Positions 30,553-32,000 of a stretch of 32,000 nt of DNA are shown here, piece after piece. Every line of letters starts with the position of its first letter. Position 1 is the stretch's first letter. Below the pieces are notes generated by a model. The model had not been told where the DNA came from, did no database searches, and saw only the letters and a list, made by a program, of their open reading frames with translations. Source of the DNA: Kineococcus radiotolerans SRS30216 = ATCC BAA-149 (GTDB lineage Bacteria > Actinomycetota > Actinomycetes > Actinomycetales > Kineococcaceae); contig NC_009806.1 of NCBI RefSeq assembly GCF_000017305.1, positions 30,001 through 62,000 of the forward strand, given 5' to 3'. A program made the translations under genes and the position numbers.

Positions 30553-30908
30553 GTCGGTGGGCTGCTGGCGGACGGGTACCCCCACGTCGGGCAGGACTAT
30601 CATTCGGCGGACTGTTGGTGAGAACTCAAGCGGGCGTCGGGCCCCTACGGCGGAGCACTAGCCCCTCCCATTGCCTGAGATCGACATCACTGGCTGCGAT
30701 CGCGGCATGCTGACCCACCTGATAATTGGCCGCGGTGATCGCGGTGAGTGTCACGCAGCGCATTCACCATCCGGGGAGGGTTCGACCGCGCGCTGGGCCG
30801 GCGCGGGCAGGGGACTGCGGAGGCGCACGATAATCGCTGCTGCCCGGCGAGAAGACCCACCTCGCAGTCTCCTAGCCCTTTCCCCGCCGTTTCCTGAGTC
30901 GCCGCTGG

Positions 30909-31895
30909 TCAGACCCCCGCGTAGGAGTGCAGGCCGGGGAAGAAGATGTTCACCACGAGGTAGTTGAACAGCATGCACGCGAAGGCCAGGACCGACAGCC
31001 ACGCGGCGCGGCGGCCGTCCCAGCCGCGGGTGGCGCGGGCGTGCAGGTAGCAGGCGTAGACGACCCAGATGACGAACGTCCACACCTCCTTGGAGTCCCA
31101 GTTCCAGTAGCGGTTCCAGGCGACCTGCGCCCACACCGCCCCGGCGATGAGGGTGAACGTCCACATGACGAACGCGACGGCGTTGAGGCGGAACGCGGTG
31201 CGCTCCAGCTCCACCGACCCCGGCAGGGCGTCCATGAAGACCCCGCCGGCGCGCTTCCCGGCCGCGGTGACCCGGTCCCGCTTCTCCTGGACCAGCTGCA
31301 GCACCGTCGCGGAGAACCCCAGCGTCGACAGCGCCGTGGCGAGGATCGCGACGAACACGTGGATGATCAGCCAGTAGCTGTCCAGCGCCGGGACGAGCTG
31401 CGCGGCCTCGACGTAGAGCTTGACCAGCGCGATCCCCAGGGTCACCAGGACCGGCCCGGCCACGAAGGTGCCGAGGTAGCGGGCGTCGCGGCCCCCGCCG
31501 AGGCCGGCGCGGTGGGCCCGGACGACGGCGACGAGGTAGGCCAGCGCCACGACGAGGGTCCCGGTGAGGGCGAACTCGAACATGTTGCCCCACGGCACGC
31601 GGTGCACCGAGACGCCGCGGGAGACCACCGAGCCCAGGTGCAGCAGCGCCCCGAGGGCGAACAGCGACGTCCCGACCGCGGCCGCGCGGCGGCGGCGGGC
31701 GGTGATCGGCTTCTCGAGGGTCGTGGTGGAGCCGCCGGCCGCGGCCTGCTCCCGGCGCCGCGCCTCGCGGGCCTTGATCTCCTTGCCGCCGTCGGCGAGG
31801 TCGCCGGCGTAGGCGACGAAGGAGAACAGGTAGGCGGTCATGGCGCCGTAGAGCAGCAGGTTGCTGATCTGGGCGATGTTCTCGTCGACGGTCAT
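30909..31895 (-). CDS. ccsB: Cytochrome c biogenesis protein CcsB/ResC (heme handling, W-rich motif)
   Basis: Motifs: WGNMFEFALTG and WAQVAWNRYWNWDSKEVWTFVIW (the WxxWxWD.KE.W motif). ATG 31895 has a GAAGGAGAG SD and is preferred over the longer ORF to 31991. Confidence 0.9.
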   Translation of the reverse strand: MTVDENIAQISNLLLYGAMTAYLFSFVAYAGDLADGGKEIKAREARRREQAAAGGSTTTLEKPITARRRRAAAVGTSLFALGALLHLGSVVSRGVSVHRVPWGNMFEFALTGTLVVALAYLVAVVRAHRAGLGGGRDARYLGTFVAGPVLVTLGIALVKLYVEAAQLVPALDSYWLIIHVFVAILATALSTLGFSATVLQLVQEKRDRVTAAGKRAGGVFMDALPGSVELERTAFRLNAVAFVMWTFTLIAGAVWAQVAWNRYWNWDSKEVWTFVIWVVYACYLHARATRGWDGRRAAWLSVLAFACMLFNYLVVNIFFPGLHSYAGV

Positions 31896-32000
31896 CTTCT
31901 CTCCTTCGCACAGACCCGACCCCACGTCATGTGCACTTCGATCCTGTGGTGGCGCGCGGGCCGCTCTCGATGTCCTCGTGGATGTCCTCATCCACGTTCC

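Noticed and set aside
30553-30908. Unusually long (356 nt) spacer between convergent vkor and ccsB. It has two GATAAT hexamers and gcgatcgc-containing imperfect repeats.
   Set aside because: I could not derive a convincing hairpin, ORF or RNA structure. The -10-like hexamers lack supporting -35 or TSS evidence.
30751-31911. 386-aa ORF on the minus strand overlapping ccsB in another frame.
   Set aside because: It has Arg/Gly/Pro-rich composition (RRRPRRRRQGDQG...), which is typical of an off-frame reading of GC-rich membrane-protein genes. The 30909..31895 frame carries the CcsB W-rich motif.
31927-32000. Minus-strand reading frame ending ...NVDEDIHEDIESGPRATTGSKCT* at 31927. It could be the 3' end of a gene extending beyond the right edge.
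   Set aside because: Only 24 codons are visible, with no motif. This is too short to call.

Overview
This is a high-GC Actinomycetota-type chromosomal segment. Local GC by eye runs from about 52% to over 80%. Nearly all recognisable genes concern cell-envelope metal or redox homeostasis.

Main content:
- Two paralogous CDF (CzcD-type) metal exporters, one cut by the left edge.
- Two CmtR-like ArsR/SmtB metalloregulators.
- A TM-only CDF-like transporter with a Cys-rich tail.
- Two CopC copper chaperones and a CopD+CtaG (CtiP-type) fusion.
- Cytochrome c maturation system II genes (resA, ccdA, resB, ccsB) in a non-canonical order, with lnt embedded between ccdA and resB.
- A DsbA-VKOR pair.
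- A Tat-type alkaline phosphatase.
- A ydaO-class (c-di-AMP) riboswitch in front of an NlpC/P60 hydrolase.
- A stand-alone MprF C-terminal (DUF2156) domain protein.
- A TgpA-like transglutaminase in a lower-GC block.
- A small accessory islet with an Xre/DUF2384-plus-RES-like toxin-antitoxin candidate.

Most interesting unexplained signals:
1. A conserved, structured leader of about 130 nt is shared by two monocistronic fliL-family paralogs. It looks like an unrecognised cis-regulatory RNA.
2. A translationally coupled minus-strand gene chain of about 9.4 kb (inside a ~12 kb co-oriented minus-strand run) links copper delivery, heme c attachment and lipoprotein N-acylation.
3. In-frame short tandem repeats occur in many envelope protein genes.

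Many long ORFs in the supplied track are GC-driven shadow frames and were not called.
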